From a virus (lineage: Duplodnaviria > Caudoviricetes), in the IMG/VR virus record IMGVR_UViG_3300024520_004699, positions 1,275-65,274 of that record: a stretch of DNA of 64,000 bases, one strand, 5' to 3'. The position numbers and the translations under genes were made by a program. This document shows, piece after piece, positions 7,862 to 16,902 of the stretch. How positions within the stretch are numbered: the stretch's first letter is position 1; each line of letters starts with the position of its first letter. The notes below the pieces were generated by a model. The model did no database searches and had not been told where the DNA came from. It saw only the letters and a program-made list of their open reading frames with translations.

Positions 7862-8767
7862 ATGTATGAAAAATTGAAACTAACCGAGGATCTGAAAAAA
7901 GCCTCACTCGGCCTGAGCCGTGAAGAGGCGAGATTTCTCGTCGACGCCTACTACCAGCTGCAGGATGCAAGGATTCGGGCGGCTGGACAAATCCGAGCAG
8001 TTCTAGACGAAACTCCCGGCATCCTTAGCTGGGTGCAACTTTATGTCGAGAACATCGAAGACGAAATCAAGAAGGCCCTCACAATGTATGCCTCCGGACA
8101 CCCTGTCTGTGAGTGGGCCCAGACAGTGAAGGGCATTGGCCCAGTTTTGAGCGCGGGCTTGGTCGCCCACATCGATATCACCAAGTGTCCAACTGTCGGC
8201 CACATCTGGTCCTTCGCTGGGGTTAACCCCGAACAGGAATGGGGCAAGGGACAGAAGCGCCCCTACAACGCTGACCTCAAAGTGCTGCAATGGAAGATCG
8301 GCGAGAGCTTCGTCCGGTCGGGCGGCGGCGGGATTTACAACGACGTTTATAAAACGCGCAAAGAGCAGGAGATCGCACGCAATCTGAATGGAGATTTTGC
8401 CGATCAGGCGAAGGCCAAGTTGAAGAAGTTCAACATCGGCAAGAACACAGATGCGTATAAATGGTATGCAGGTCGGATCACCCGCAAAGAGGCGGAGCGC
8501 GTTCTCAAGCTGGCGGCTGCCGACAAGGTGGTGAAGCCCAAGCTGGTGAAGGAAGGGAAGGGCCAGCCCATGCTGCCCCCGGCCCATATCCATTCCCGGG
8601 CCAAGCGTTATGCCGTCAAGCTGTTTATGAGCCACTGGCATTTCGTAGCGTATTTTAACCACTACGGAAAGCGTCCGCCGAAGCCATACATCCTCGAACA
8701 TGGCCATGGTCACGTTCATGAAATATTGCCTCCGAACTTCGATGTGAAAAGCAAGAAGGCAGCATAG
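7862..8767 (+). CDS. TasA-like Nop/IS110-related RNA-binding protein (no RuvC or HNH domain)
   Basis: Helical N-terminus (YYQLQDARIRAAGQ), VKGIGPVLSAGL, HIWSFAGV..KGQKRPYNADLK and HIHSRAKRYAVKLF, as in IS110 C-terminal/Nop domains. No DEDD RuvC-like N-terminus. Abuts a 36-nt dual-repeat array. Confidence 0.8.
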   Translation: MYEKLKLTEDLKKASLGLSREEARFLVDAYYQLQDARIRAAGQIRAVLDETPGILSWVQLYVENIEDEIKKALTMYASGHPVCEWAQTVKGIGPVLSAGLVAHIDITKCPTVGHIWSFAGVNPEQEWGKGQKRPYNADLKVLQWKIGESFVRSGGGGIYNDVYKTRKEQEIARNLNGDFADQAKAKLKKFNIGKNTDAYKWYAGRITRKEAERVLKLAAADKVVKPKLVKEGKGQPMLPPAHIHSRAKRYAVKLFMSHWHFVAYFNHYGKRPPKPYILEHGHGHVHEILPPNFDVKSKKAA

Positions 8768-9707
8768 TCGAGCCAATTTGAAAGAGAGCACCAACGGACG
8801 CGAGCGAGCCACACCTACCGAGAGCACCAGAACCCGCGAGCGAGCCATTACTTGTGAGAGCACCACAAACCCGGAGCGAGCCATCCAATGCGAGAGTACC
8901 AGACGAACCGAGCGAGCCACGGCCTTTGAGGGTGCCACATTATTGGAGCGAGCCACACCACTTGAGAGCACCATGTCCTGAGAGCGAGCCATCACGTCGG
9001 AGAGCACCATTTGGGGTGAGCGAGCCAACTCCTCGGAGAGCGCCAGAGAATTTGAGCGAGCCATTGAAGCCGAAAGCACCATGCAGATAGAGCGAGTCAA
9101 GAACCGAGAAAGCGCCATTCCATGTGAGCGAGCCAAGCTTTTCGAGAGCACCAACAGTCGGGAGCGAGTCAAGTCGAACGAGAGTGCCACGCCTATTGAG
9201 CGAGCCAACACATAAGAGAGCACCATCCATTGTGAGCGAGCCACCAGTTCGGAGAGTACCAGAAAATGAGAGCGAGCCACCCGAGACGAGAGCACCACAA
9301 CCCCCGAGCGAGCCACGCGAGTCGAGAGCACCAATATCTAGGAGCGAGCCATGGCCCTTGAGAGCACCATAACAGAAGAGCGAGCCATACGATGAGAGAG
9401 TGCCAAAGCTCATGAGCAAGCCATCCAGTTGGAGAGCACCAACGTAGCTGAGCGAGCCATCGCATCAGAGAGTACCAAAAAGTGTGAGCGAGCCATCAAC
9501 TATGAGAGTACCAATTTCAGGGAGCGAGCCACACATGATGAGAGCGCCACAATGGAGGAGCGAGCCATTTGTTCTGAGAGTACCATCAAAGGTGAGCGAG
9601 CCAGACTGCCGGAGAGCACCATTCGGGACGAGCGAGCCACCAGACCAGAGAGTGCCATTCATGAGGAGCGAGCCAACATCACGGAGAGTACCAAACAATG
9701 AGAGCGA
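8766..9707 (+). ncRNA. TIGR-like dual-repeat guide RNA array, 26 x 36-nt units
   Basis: Exact 36-nt period from 8766 to 9701: GAGCGAGCCA + 8 variable nt + GAGAGYRCCA + 8 variable nt, all spacer pairs different. Confidence 0.9.
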
Positions 9708-10225
9708 ATAAAAAAAACGAGAATGCCGGGCTTGTGCGCAGCTATGTTTATGGGCGGGCTGTAGTGATTGGGATGAAGAAAGAGGACGGCATTATAAGGC
9801 AGGAGGGTCCGTGGAGATACGAGGATACTGGAGAGGAGCGCAGCTCCAAGAAGGTAGATTGGCCCTGCCCGAAGTGCGGCCTCCTGCCCACAGTGGATGG
9901 GGAGGATCCATGCATAGCAAAACTCCCGGGAGTGACGGCTGCATGCTGTGGACACGGCGTCATGAAGGGATACGTAGCGTTTGATAGTGGGATAGTTATT
10001 CGCGGTGAATTTGATCATATAAAAGAGGAAACGGGGGGAGAGCCAGCCCGACGGAGAGTACCAAACAATGAGAGCGAGCCAAAGCGACGAAGAGCACCAG
10101 ATCAGATGAGCGAGCCAGCGCACAAGAGAGTACCAAAGCCCATGAGCGAGCCAGAGGATGAGAGGGTACCAAACAAGAAGAGCGAGCCACCAACTACGAG
10201 AGCACCAAACAATGAGAGCGGCTGA
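9698..10225 (+). CDS. Cys-rich phage protein inserted in the array (C-terminus reads through the second sub-array)
   Basis: CPKCGLLPT..DPCIAKLPGVTAACCGHG motif; ATG lies inside the last spacer of sub-array 1. Confidence 0.6.
   Translation: MRANKKNENAGLVRSYVYGRAVVIGMKKEDGIIRQEGPWRYEDTGEERSSKKVDWPCPKCGLLPTVDGEDPCIAKLPGVTAACCGHGVMKGYVAFDSGIVIRGEFDHIKEETGGEPARRRVPNNESEPKRRRAPDQMSEPAHKRVPKPMSEPEDERVPNKKSEPPTTRAPNNESG
10036..10220 (+). ncRNA. second TIGR-like sub-array, 5 x 36-nt units
   Basis: Units start at 10036, 10072, 10108, 10144 and 10180, with the same repeats. Confidence 0.85.
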
Positions 10226-10424
10226 AGCAAAGACTGTTAATCTGAAGACCAATACGGCCACGCTGGTTGACGGCAAGCAGGTCAGGATTGAGAGGATGTG
10301 GGATAAGAGTGGAAAGCCAGCTCAGGATCCTCGCATGGCCGAGTCGGTGATGGTTACCGGGCGCGAACGCGGCGACTGGGCGATCATCAATCTTGAAACA
10401 TTCAAGGGAGAGGTAGTGCGATGA
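10212..10424 (+). CDS. hypothetical protein starting in the last array spacer
   Basis: ATG within AACAATGA-GAGCG, the same context as the ORF at 9698. Confidence 0.5.
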   Translation: MRAAEAKTVNLKTNTATLVDGKQVRIERMWDKSGKPAQDPRMAESVMVTGRERGDWAIINLETFKGEVVR

Positions 10425-10578
10425 ACATGGGGCAAATGTTGTCCAAGCTCAAGCGGGACAAAGAGATGTCGGATCTCAGGAAGATCATTGCTGAGTGCAA
10501 TGAGCAGCAGGCGCGGATAGACGAGTTACGGAAGCGCCTTAAGGTGAAGCGTGGAGAAAGTTTAATGGAGGCCGTGAG

Positions 10579-10788
10579 ATGAAGGTTGGACGCATGAAGA
10601 TCACCTACGAAAAAATAGGCCAAGCTCTAGGTTTGCCAGAAGGCAATGAGGTAGTCGGGGTGGATGCTCAATCTTTTGAGGGCACAGTAGAGGAGACGAT
10701 TAGCATTCTGGTTTGCGGCAGAGACATGCCTGAGCACCGCGAGGGAGAGGCCATTCAGACTGTTAAGGTGAAAAGGATTGTGGAATGA
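10579..10788 (+). CDS. hypothetical protein
   Basis: GGAGG SD; part of a run of coupled small ORFs. Confidence 0.5.
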   Translation: MKVGRMKITYEKIGQALGLPEGNEVVGVDAQSFEGTVEETISILVCGRDMPEHREGEAIQTVKVKRIVE

Positions 10789-10933
10789 CAGATACAAAGA
10801 TGGTTGTGCGCCATCCACGACTGACTGCCCTGCTCGCTGCCAACAAGGCTCGCTTGCGCGTCATTGCGAAGAGAGGGGCCCGACGCATCCTGCTGGAGCA
10901 CGGGATAGATCCCAGCATACTTGAGAGAGGAGA

Positions 10934-11167
10934 ATGAAGGTGGGCGAGGCAATCCATATGAGGCACGCATATGTCATCCTAAATGAGTGGGGCAGTGTGT
11001 GGACTCATGAATCTTTTGACACCGTCCAAGCTGCTTGGAGCAAGCTCGAAGAGTTCTTCGGCAAGAGGCTGGATAGAGATAGGTTCAGCGTGAAGAGGGG
11101 CGAAATAGGGGTCACGATTGAAGAGGTCTGTGAGACCTGCGGCCAGCCACTTGGAGAGGACAAATGA
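10934..11167 (+). CDS. hypothetical protein
   Basis: AGGAG SD; C-terminal CxxC. Confidence 0.5.
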   Translation: MKVGEAIHMRHAYVILNEWGSVWTHESFDTVQAAWSKLEEFFGKRLDRDRFSVKRGEIGVTIEEVCETCGQPLGEDK

Positions 11168-11415
11168 AAGGAACAGCCATAACTGCAGCAGAGCTTCAGA
11201 AAATGACATTCAAGAAGAACCCGTGGGGTAAGGATCATGAGGCCCTAGCCAAAACTGTCAGGGCAAATTTTGGCAACGTCCACAATGACTACATACGAGC
11301 TGTAGTCTGGCGCTATATCGATCAGAGCAAGGTGTCGCTCAAGGAGGCCCGGCGCTGTGTTCGCCAAGGGTATTCCTCACCAGCTGCAGCAAGGCATGAC
11401 GGTGTCTTGACGTAA
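11164..11415 (+). CDS. hypothetical protein
   Basis: ATGA-coupled ORF. Confidence 0.5.
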   Translation: MKGTAITAAELQKMTFKKNPWGKDHEALAKTVRANFGNVHNDYIRAVVWRYIDQSKVSLKEARRCVRQGYSSPAAARHDGVLT

Positions 11416-11441
11416 TGACCTGAAGTCTCCATTCTTGAGCG

Positions 11442-11951
11442 ATGAAAAATCGAACCAATCGAACGCAAAAGCCTAAGACAATTAGCCGAAGAATGAAATC
11501 TGCTGTTGTCGAGAGACGGGCCAAGAAGCGCAAGTTCCTAGCCCTACTGGAAGACGGCAGCTCAGTCAGGGATGCACGTAAGGAAATCAAGGTCGCAGTC
11601 TCTACGGTTTATGCGTGGTACAAGAACGATCCTGAGTTCGCTGAGATGTGGGACCAGTACATGGTCCTTGGCGATATGAACAATCAGGTGGCTGCCAATC
11701 GTCGCGGTGCCAAACAATCCGACAAACTCCTCATTTTCATGCTGAAGAAGCGCATGCCTGACCAGTATGGAGACAAGGAAGATCGCGGCGGCGACACTAC
11801 GCTATTCAATATGCAGCAGATCAACATTGCGAGCCTATCTGATGTCCAGCTTACCGAGCTTATCTCCAGACTCGACGACCGAATGGCTCAAGAACAAAGC
11901 CATATCCGAACAATCGACGCGACACCGTCAGATAACCAAGAAGTTCGGTAG
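11442..11951 (+). CDS. terS: terminase small subunit
   Basis: HTH (STVYAWYKNDPEFAEMWD), SDKLLIFMLK motif; directly upstream of TerL. Confidence 0.75.
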   Translation: MKNRTNRTQKPKTISRRMKSAVVERRAKKRKFLALLEDGSSVRDARKEIKVAVSTVYAWYKNDPEFAEMWDQYMVLGDMNNQVAANRRGAKQSDKLLIFMLKKRMPDQYGDKEDRGGDTTLFNMQQINIASLSDVQLTELISRLDDRMAQEQSHIRTIDATPSDNQEVR

Positions 11952-13887
11952 ATGGGATGGAGATCCTGCCGGGTTCATTGAGCAGGAGCTTCTCGGTTTC
12001 ATCTGGTCGAAGCAGAGAGAGATCTGCCAGAGCGTCGTCGACCACCGCTTCACATCAGTGAAGTCCTGCCACTCGGTTGGCAAGACAGCTATCGCGGCGA
12101 GACTGGGGGCATGGTGGTTATCGGTTCATCGACCCGGAGACGCCTTCCTCGTGACGTCAGCTCCGACTGGCTATCAGGTCAAGGCTCTGCTCTGGCGAGA
12201 GATCAACAACATTCACAAGCTGGGCGGTTTGCCCGGCAGGACCAACACGACAGAGTGGCTGTTCGGAAATGAGCTGGTGGGCTTTGGCCGGTCAGTGCGA
12301 GACGCGGATCCGACAGCATTCCAAGGCATCCATGCACCGTTCGTGCTTGTCATCCTCGACGAGGCTTGTGGCATCACGTCAGCCATCTGGACAGCAGCCG
12401 AGACGCTGGTGGCCAACGACGACAGCCGCTTCCTCGCCATCGGCAACCCGGACGATCCGGCGACAGAGTTCGGCAACTCGTGCAGGCCGGGCACCGGGTA
12501 CAACGTCATTCAAATTAGCGCCTATGAATCTCCCAACTTCACCGACGAAGAGTGCCCCGACTGGCTGAAGCAGCAGCTGGTGGGCGAGCAGTGGGTGGAG
12601 GAGCGGGCGAAAAGATGGGGTGAGGAATCACCACGGTATCTCTCTAAGGTCATGGGAGACTTCCCAGAACAATCTACAGACGGCTTGATCCCCATCACGG
12701 CAGTCAGGGAAGCTGTGGCCCGTGAGCTGGAGGCAGTGGGCCCTGTCGAGCTGGGCGTGGACGTGGCTCGCTTTGGTCTGGACAAGACCGTCATCTACAA
12801 GAGGCAGGGGCCGGTGGCGAGAATATACAAGAGAATGACCAAGCGCGACACCATGTGGGTGACGGGTGAGGTGGTCAAGGCCATCAAAGATACCGATGCC
12901 ACGCTGGTCAAGATTGATGACATCGGTCTTGGCGGCGGAGTAGTTGATAGGCTTAGGGAGCTGCGTTTCGAGGGCGAGTTTGACGCAGAGATTGCTGCCA
13001 TCAATGTTGGCGAGCAACCTATCACGAGCGCAGCCGATGAGGTTTTTTACAATAAGCGAATAGAGCTGAACTGGATGATGCGGGACAGGTTTGTCGAAGG
13101 GGATATAGACATCGAGGATGACGATGATCTGCAGGTCCAGATCGTCAACATGAAATACAAGCACACCAGCCGGGGCAAGCTGATCCTTCAGAGCAAGGCC
13201 GACATGAAGAAGGACACCAAGCTGCCCAGTCCTGATGAGTGGGATGCCCTCGTATTAGCTTTCACACCGAGGGAATATGGTGTAGATATGGCCTTCATGG
13301 AGCAGGCTGAAACATTCACGTATGACCCATTCTCCATCCCAGAGTTCTGGCCCCGGGTTTATGCCATCGACATCAACGGCAACGAGATGTCAGTCGTGTG
13401 GGGGTCATGGGACACAGAGAGCGAGACCGTCTATCTGTACGACGAGTTCATATCCACTCGCCCGGACATTTCAATCAATGCATCATCGATCCGCAAGCGG
13501 AAGGCGTGGGTGCCCGGCCTGTTTTACATGCGCGACCATGGCCGGTCGGAAGAGCAGGGGCAGGGCATGATCAATGCGTTGCTCGACGAGGGTCTCGATA
13601 TCTTTGAGAAGGAAGAGGACATGGAGATCGCCGTCAACGAGATGGTGGCGAGGCTGACAAACCAGACGCTCAAGGTGTCGAAGAGAATGGAGCGCTGGAT
13701 GGACCAGTACCATAAATACAAGCGCGACAAGAAGGGTGAGCTGGTCCAAGAGAGGGATGGCCTGCTCAGGGCATCGGGGCTGATAGTGCAAGGAGGTCAG
13801 TTCGTAGCCACTACGGCTGATATACTAAACGCGAAACCAGACGAGGTAGCCAGTGACGACACAAAAAACCCATCGACCGGATATTGA
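11842..13887 (+). CDS. terL: terminase large subunit with an extra C-terminal nuclease-like domain
   Basis: Walker A-like SCHSVGKT, Walker B VILDEA, IGNP, RNase H-like LGVDVAR and SPDEWDALVLAF. Start uncertain. Confidence 0.9.
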   Translation: MSSLPSLSPDSTTEWLKNKAISEQSTRHRQITKKFGRWDGDPAGFIEQELLGFIWSKQREICQSVVDHRFTSVKSCHSVGKTAIAARLGAWWLSVHRPGDAFLVTSAPTGYQVKALLWREINNIHKLGGLPGRTNTTEWLFGNELVGFGRSVRDADPTAFQGIHAPFVLVILDEACGITSAIWTAAETLVANDDSRFLAIGNPDDPATEFGNSCRPGTGYNVIQISAYESPNFTDEECPDWLKQQLVGEQWVEERAKRWGEESPRYLSKVMGDFPEQSTDGLIPITAVREAVARELEAVGPVELGVDVARFGLDKTVIYKRQGPVARIYKRMTKRDTMWVTGEVVKAIKDTDATLVKIDDIGLGGGVVDRLRELRFEGEFDAEIAAINVGEQPITSAADEVFYNKRIELNWMMRDRFVEGDIDIEDDDDLQVQIVNMKYKHTSRGKLILQSKADMKKDTKLPSPDEWDALVLAFTPREYGVDMAFMEQAETFTYDPFSIPEFWPRVYAIDINGNEMSVVWGSWDTESETVYLYDEFISTRPDISINASSIRKRKAWVPGLFYMRDHGRSEEQGQGMINALLDEGLDIFEKEEDMEIAVNEMVARLTNQTLKVSKRMERWMDQYHKYKRDKKGELVQERDGLLRASGLIVQGGQFVATTADILNAKPDEVASDDTKNPSTGY

Positions 13888-14158
13888 TCCGGTCATCTAC
13901 AGACGGATACATCGCGGGCCATCCATGGAGCAGATCGTTGATCGCATTTGCTGCAAGCATGACGTAACGAAGTTGGCGCTGTTGTCCTCAGACTTCAAAT
14001 ACCGCCGAGCAGTGACCGCCAGATACGATGTGATCAGGTCTCTTCACCGCGTCTTTCCATTCCACTCCCCTCACTCTCTGGCCTCTTATCTGGGGCTCAG
14101 CCACACGACCGTGTACCGGGCGCTGGGCAGGGTGAAGGGCAACCCGTCGACGATATGA
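13853..14158 (+). CDS. DnaA-C-terminal-like HTH protein
   Basis: IVDRICCKHDV..ARYDVIRSL..LASYLGLSHTTVYRAL. Confidence 0.55.
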   Translation: MTTQKTHRPDIDPVIYRRIHRGPSMEQIVDRICCKHDVTKLALLSSDFKYRRAVTARYDVIRSLHRVFPFHSPHSLASYLGLSHTTVYRALGRVKGNPSTI

Positions 14159-14170
14159 AGGGAGCGCCAA

Positions 14171-14404
14171 ATGAAGTGGGCCAAGGAACCAAACCGAGGC
14201 GCATCGTGGGGAATGGAATATCCATTCTTATTCGGCCAACTGGTTTCTGGCCAGTGGGCTGTGTGGGAGAGGGTCACTGGTTTCGTCGTGGCGGAGTTCG
14301 GTGAAGACATTTATTCAGAGGCAAATGCATCGGCGCACAGCCGCCGCATAAACCGAATTGAAGATGACCCAACCATGCCAGCACAGCTTGACATGGTGCC
14401 GTAG
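14171..14404 (+). CDS. hypothetical protein
   Basis: ORF with a GGGAG SD. Confidence 0.45.
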   Translation: MKWAKEPNRGASWGMEYPFLFGQLVSGQWAVWERVTGFVVAEFGEDIYSEANASAHSRRINRIEDDPTMPAQLDMVP

Positions 14405-14416
14405 AGGATTGAACCA

Positions 14417-14692
14417 ATGAACGAAGTGATCGAACACGTAGCAACGACTGAAGACCTCACCAAGCTCACGCTTGAGGATTTGTTCAACAAGGCCGCAACG
14501 TATGGGCGCATCAACGTCTTCGCCACCGACAATATGGAGCATCCCAAGAGATACCAAGTGGATATCCATTTCGAGAGTGTACCCGGGACATCAGTAGAAG
14601 CCAGCAGTGAGTTTGATATGGAGATCAACGAAGCCTTCATACAGGCAATCACCCGGGCCCAGAAGATTGTTGAGTCCTATGGGAAGGCCTAG
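14417..14692 (+). CDS. hypothetical protein
   Basis: ORF with a GAGG SD. Confidence 0.55.
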   Translation: MNEVIEHVATTEDLTKLTLEDLFNKAATYGRINVFATDNMEHPKRYQVDIHFESVPGTSVEASSEFDMEINEAFIQAITRAQKIVESYGKA

Positions 14693-14945
14693 AAAAGGGC
14701 ACGAGATAAGCCCTCAGCTTATTCTGGAAACCTACCAGAAGGTGGGCAGCGCCAGAAAGACCGCAGCAATCCTGTGCATCTCAGCAAGTTCCGTCGCCTA
14801 TCACTTGAAGCGCATGGGAGTGTGGAATCCCATGAAAAAAGACAAAAGATCAAAGAAAGAGGAAGAGGCGGAGGTCGTAGACCCTCTCCTCACGGCCCTG
14901 AAAAAAGAGCATCCAGAAAGGTGGGCGGCCATTGAAAGAAAGTAA
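14679..14945 (+). CDS. small HTH protein
   Basis: SARKTAAILCISASSVAYHL HTH pattern. Confidence 0.55.
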   Translation: MGRPRKGHEISPQLILETYQKVGSARKTAAILCISASSVAYHLKRMGVWNPMKKDKRSKKEEEAEVVDPLLTALKKEHPERWAAIERK

Positions 14946-15492
14946 TTTTAATGTCCGTGGCTTTCTCAAGTGGGTAGAGATGGTGGGCGGGCAGCCTCAA
15001 CAGCCACACACAGAATGGGAAGCCGCACGCTACATACTGGGCGGGATCATACACGTCATCCATCGCGATAAGAGGGGCAACGTGAAGATGACGCGGGGAT
15101 CGTTTGAGCACTATCGCATGTACGGCGCTGGCACTGTGATGAGAGTGGTGAGGCGCGTCACACAGAAGAAGCGAACAGCCCTTGTCAATTCTCTCTTGAT
15201 CCGTGATGGGGATCTGTGCTCTGTTTGCCTCCTCCCCCTACATGAGGACATTTCCATTGAGCATTGGCTCAGTGTGGAGGCTGGGGGGAACAATGGCGAA
15301 GCGAACGTGAGTTTGACGCATGCTGTATGCAACCAGATACTCGGCGACCGGCCAGTTGGTCACAAGGTCAGCATCTGCTCGATCATTCGCGAGGTCTGTC
15401 CTGACGAGCCTCCCGACAGGCATCACCATGTCTGGTATGACATCAGGCAACAATTCCCACTGAAAAATGGCAATGGAGGAGAGGTGACATGA
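14932..15492 (+). CDS. HNH endonuclease-domain protein
   Basis: RDGDLCSVC..SIEHW..GGNN..NVSLTHAVCN. Confidence 0.75.
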   Translation: MKESNFNVRGFLKWVEMVGGQPQQPHTEWEAARYILGGIIHVIHRDKRGNVKMTRGSFEHYRMYGAGTVMRVVRRVTQKKRTALVNSLLIRDGDLCSVCLLPLHEDISIEHWLSVEAGGNNGEANVSLTHAVCNQILGDRPVGHKVSICSIIREVCPDEPPDRHHHVWYDIRQQFPLKNGNGGEVT

Positions 15493-15663
15493 ACCTTCTC
15501 ATTATTTGCTCGATGGCATTTGGGTCAGCAATCTATGCTGCCGCAATGTCGAACCATTTGCATGGCTATGTAGTGGCCGTGTCATTCGTGTGTGGAGCGT
15601 TGACAGGAACCGTGCTACTCATGACAATAGTCATGTTGGCACATTGGATTGATGGAAGGATTG

Positions 15664-15924
15664 ATGACGATGGGACAGAAGATTCCACAGATACTATTGC
15701 CGCCTAAGCCGAAGGTGATCCGTAAAAACAGGTGCCAAAACTGCGGTTACTCCCAGCTTATGAGGGGGGCTGACTACGAGTGTCATCGCGGACCTCCCGC
15801 CGCGCAGGCCTTTCCCGTGCAAAGCCAGCAGGCAGGCCAGCCAAACTTCATGATCCACACCTGTCATCCCATCGTCAAAGACATCGACTGGTGTGGTGAG
15901 TGGAAGGCCAAGCTGGATTCATAG
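15664..15924 (+). CDS. Cys-rich hypothetical protein
   Basis: CQNC..CHRGPP..WCGEW pattern common in phage small proteins. Confidence 0.6.
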   Translation: MTMGQKIPQILLPPKPKVIRKNRCQNCGYSQLMRGADYECHRGPPAAQAFPVQSQQAGQPNFMIHTCHPIVKDIDWCGEWKAKLDS

Positions 15925-16105
15925 GAGTGATTTTAATGGGCGAGAAAGAGACATCACAGAGAATTTCCACGATTGCCACAAGGGGCCTATGCAACCCCCT
16001 GAGTCTGACCGCAAGGGAGATAGAGCAGGTGTGTGCTGCAGCTCTCACGCAGGGCAAAACGTCGTGTGGCATCATCGGCAAGATCAAGAAAGCGCTCGGT
16101 GTGGG

Positions 16106-16291
16106 ATGAGCAAAAAGAGAACTCCCACTCTGGCATGGACCAATCCTGAGGTCAGGTGGCTGGGTAAGGCCTCCTTGAGGTTGTTCAGGATCAACAAGCT
16201 GAACACATTACAGATTGCCAAGCGATTTAAGGTCCGCGAGCAAACCGTCTACAATGCAATGTACAAGGAGAGGATGCGTGAGACAGCGTAG
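16106..16291 (+). CDS. small HTH-like protein
   Basis: NTLQIAKRFKVREQTVYN. Confidence 0.5.
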   Translation: MSKKRTPTLAWTNPEVRWLGKASLRLFRINKLNTLQIAKRFKVREQTVYNAMYKERMRETA

Positions 16292-16488
16292 CATGGGCGG
16301 CGGCCCTCGCGTTCACGGGCTGGAGGTCCGCTACGTCGACGGCCCTAAGGTCTTGCACAAGGTTGGGCGCAAGCACGAGAGGATGGTGATTACCAAGCGC
16401 GTTGTCTTCCTCGATCATTCGAGATACACGGGATCGAGGCTGCGCGAGATACGAGCCGAGCATGGGGTTGGGCGGCCATGGAGAGCGC

Positions 16489-16893
16489 ATGAAAAAAGAG
16501 ATTGATAGAAGGGGATTCCTTGGCGTTGCCGTTGCAGCGCCTGTCGCAGCCAGCCAAGCTTTCCGTACTGCAGCTGGATATGAAGCGCTGGAAGGGCACG
16601 GCGTGCCCGACTGCCCAACAGATTATGTGTCGACTGATCGGATAAATCCTTGGGACGTTTATAAAAAGCTTGGTCTCCCTGACTGGAAGAAGGCAGAGCT
16701 GGCAGAGGAGGCCAAGGTGTCTCTCATCATTGATCCCGGCATCGATTGTTTGAGATCGTGCTCGTGGGGCGCTAAGGTAAGGATGCAGGCCAAGGTCAAC
16801 TATGGCAGAGCTATCCGCAAGAGCCATCACTCAAGAGAGGTTGATGGAGTTCGTCGGGCATTCAGTAAAAAATATAAGCTGGAGTGGATATAG
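16489..16893 (+). CDS. hypothetical protein with a twin-arginine-like N-terminus
   Basis: DRRGFLGVAVAAPVAA. Confidence 0.55.
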   Translation: MKKEIDRRGFLGVAVAAPVAASQAFRTAAGYEALEGHGVPDCPTDYVSTDRINPWDVYKKLGLPDWKKAELAEEAKVSLIIDPGIDCLRSCSWGAKVRMQAKVNYGRAIRKSHHSREVDGVRRAFSKKYKLEWI

Positions 16894-16902
16894 GAGGATG
16901 AC

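Noticed and set aside
7862-8767. Active IS110 transposase / insertion sequence
   Set aside because: It lacks the N-terminal DEDD RuvC-like domain and recognisable IS ends; only the C-terminal Nop-like part is present.
8003-9711. Long ORFs across the array (8003-9334 minus, 8940-9419 minus, several plus-strand)
   Set aside because: Their 12-aa periodic translations (VLS..ARS, ERA..EST) are by-products of a stop-poor 36-nt repeat.
8766-10220. CRISPR array
   Set aside because: Two alternating 10-nt repeats with 8-nt spacers, and no cas genes, do not fit CRISPR repeat/spacer sizes. The pattern matches the TIGR dual-repeat architecture.
14594-14611. Self-target of the orphan unit (TAGAAGCC followed by GCAGTGAG)
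   Set aside because: An 8-mer match is expected by chance in 64 kb, and the second half has mismatches and uncertain spacing. A systematic self-target search was not possible by eye.
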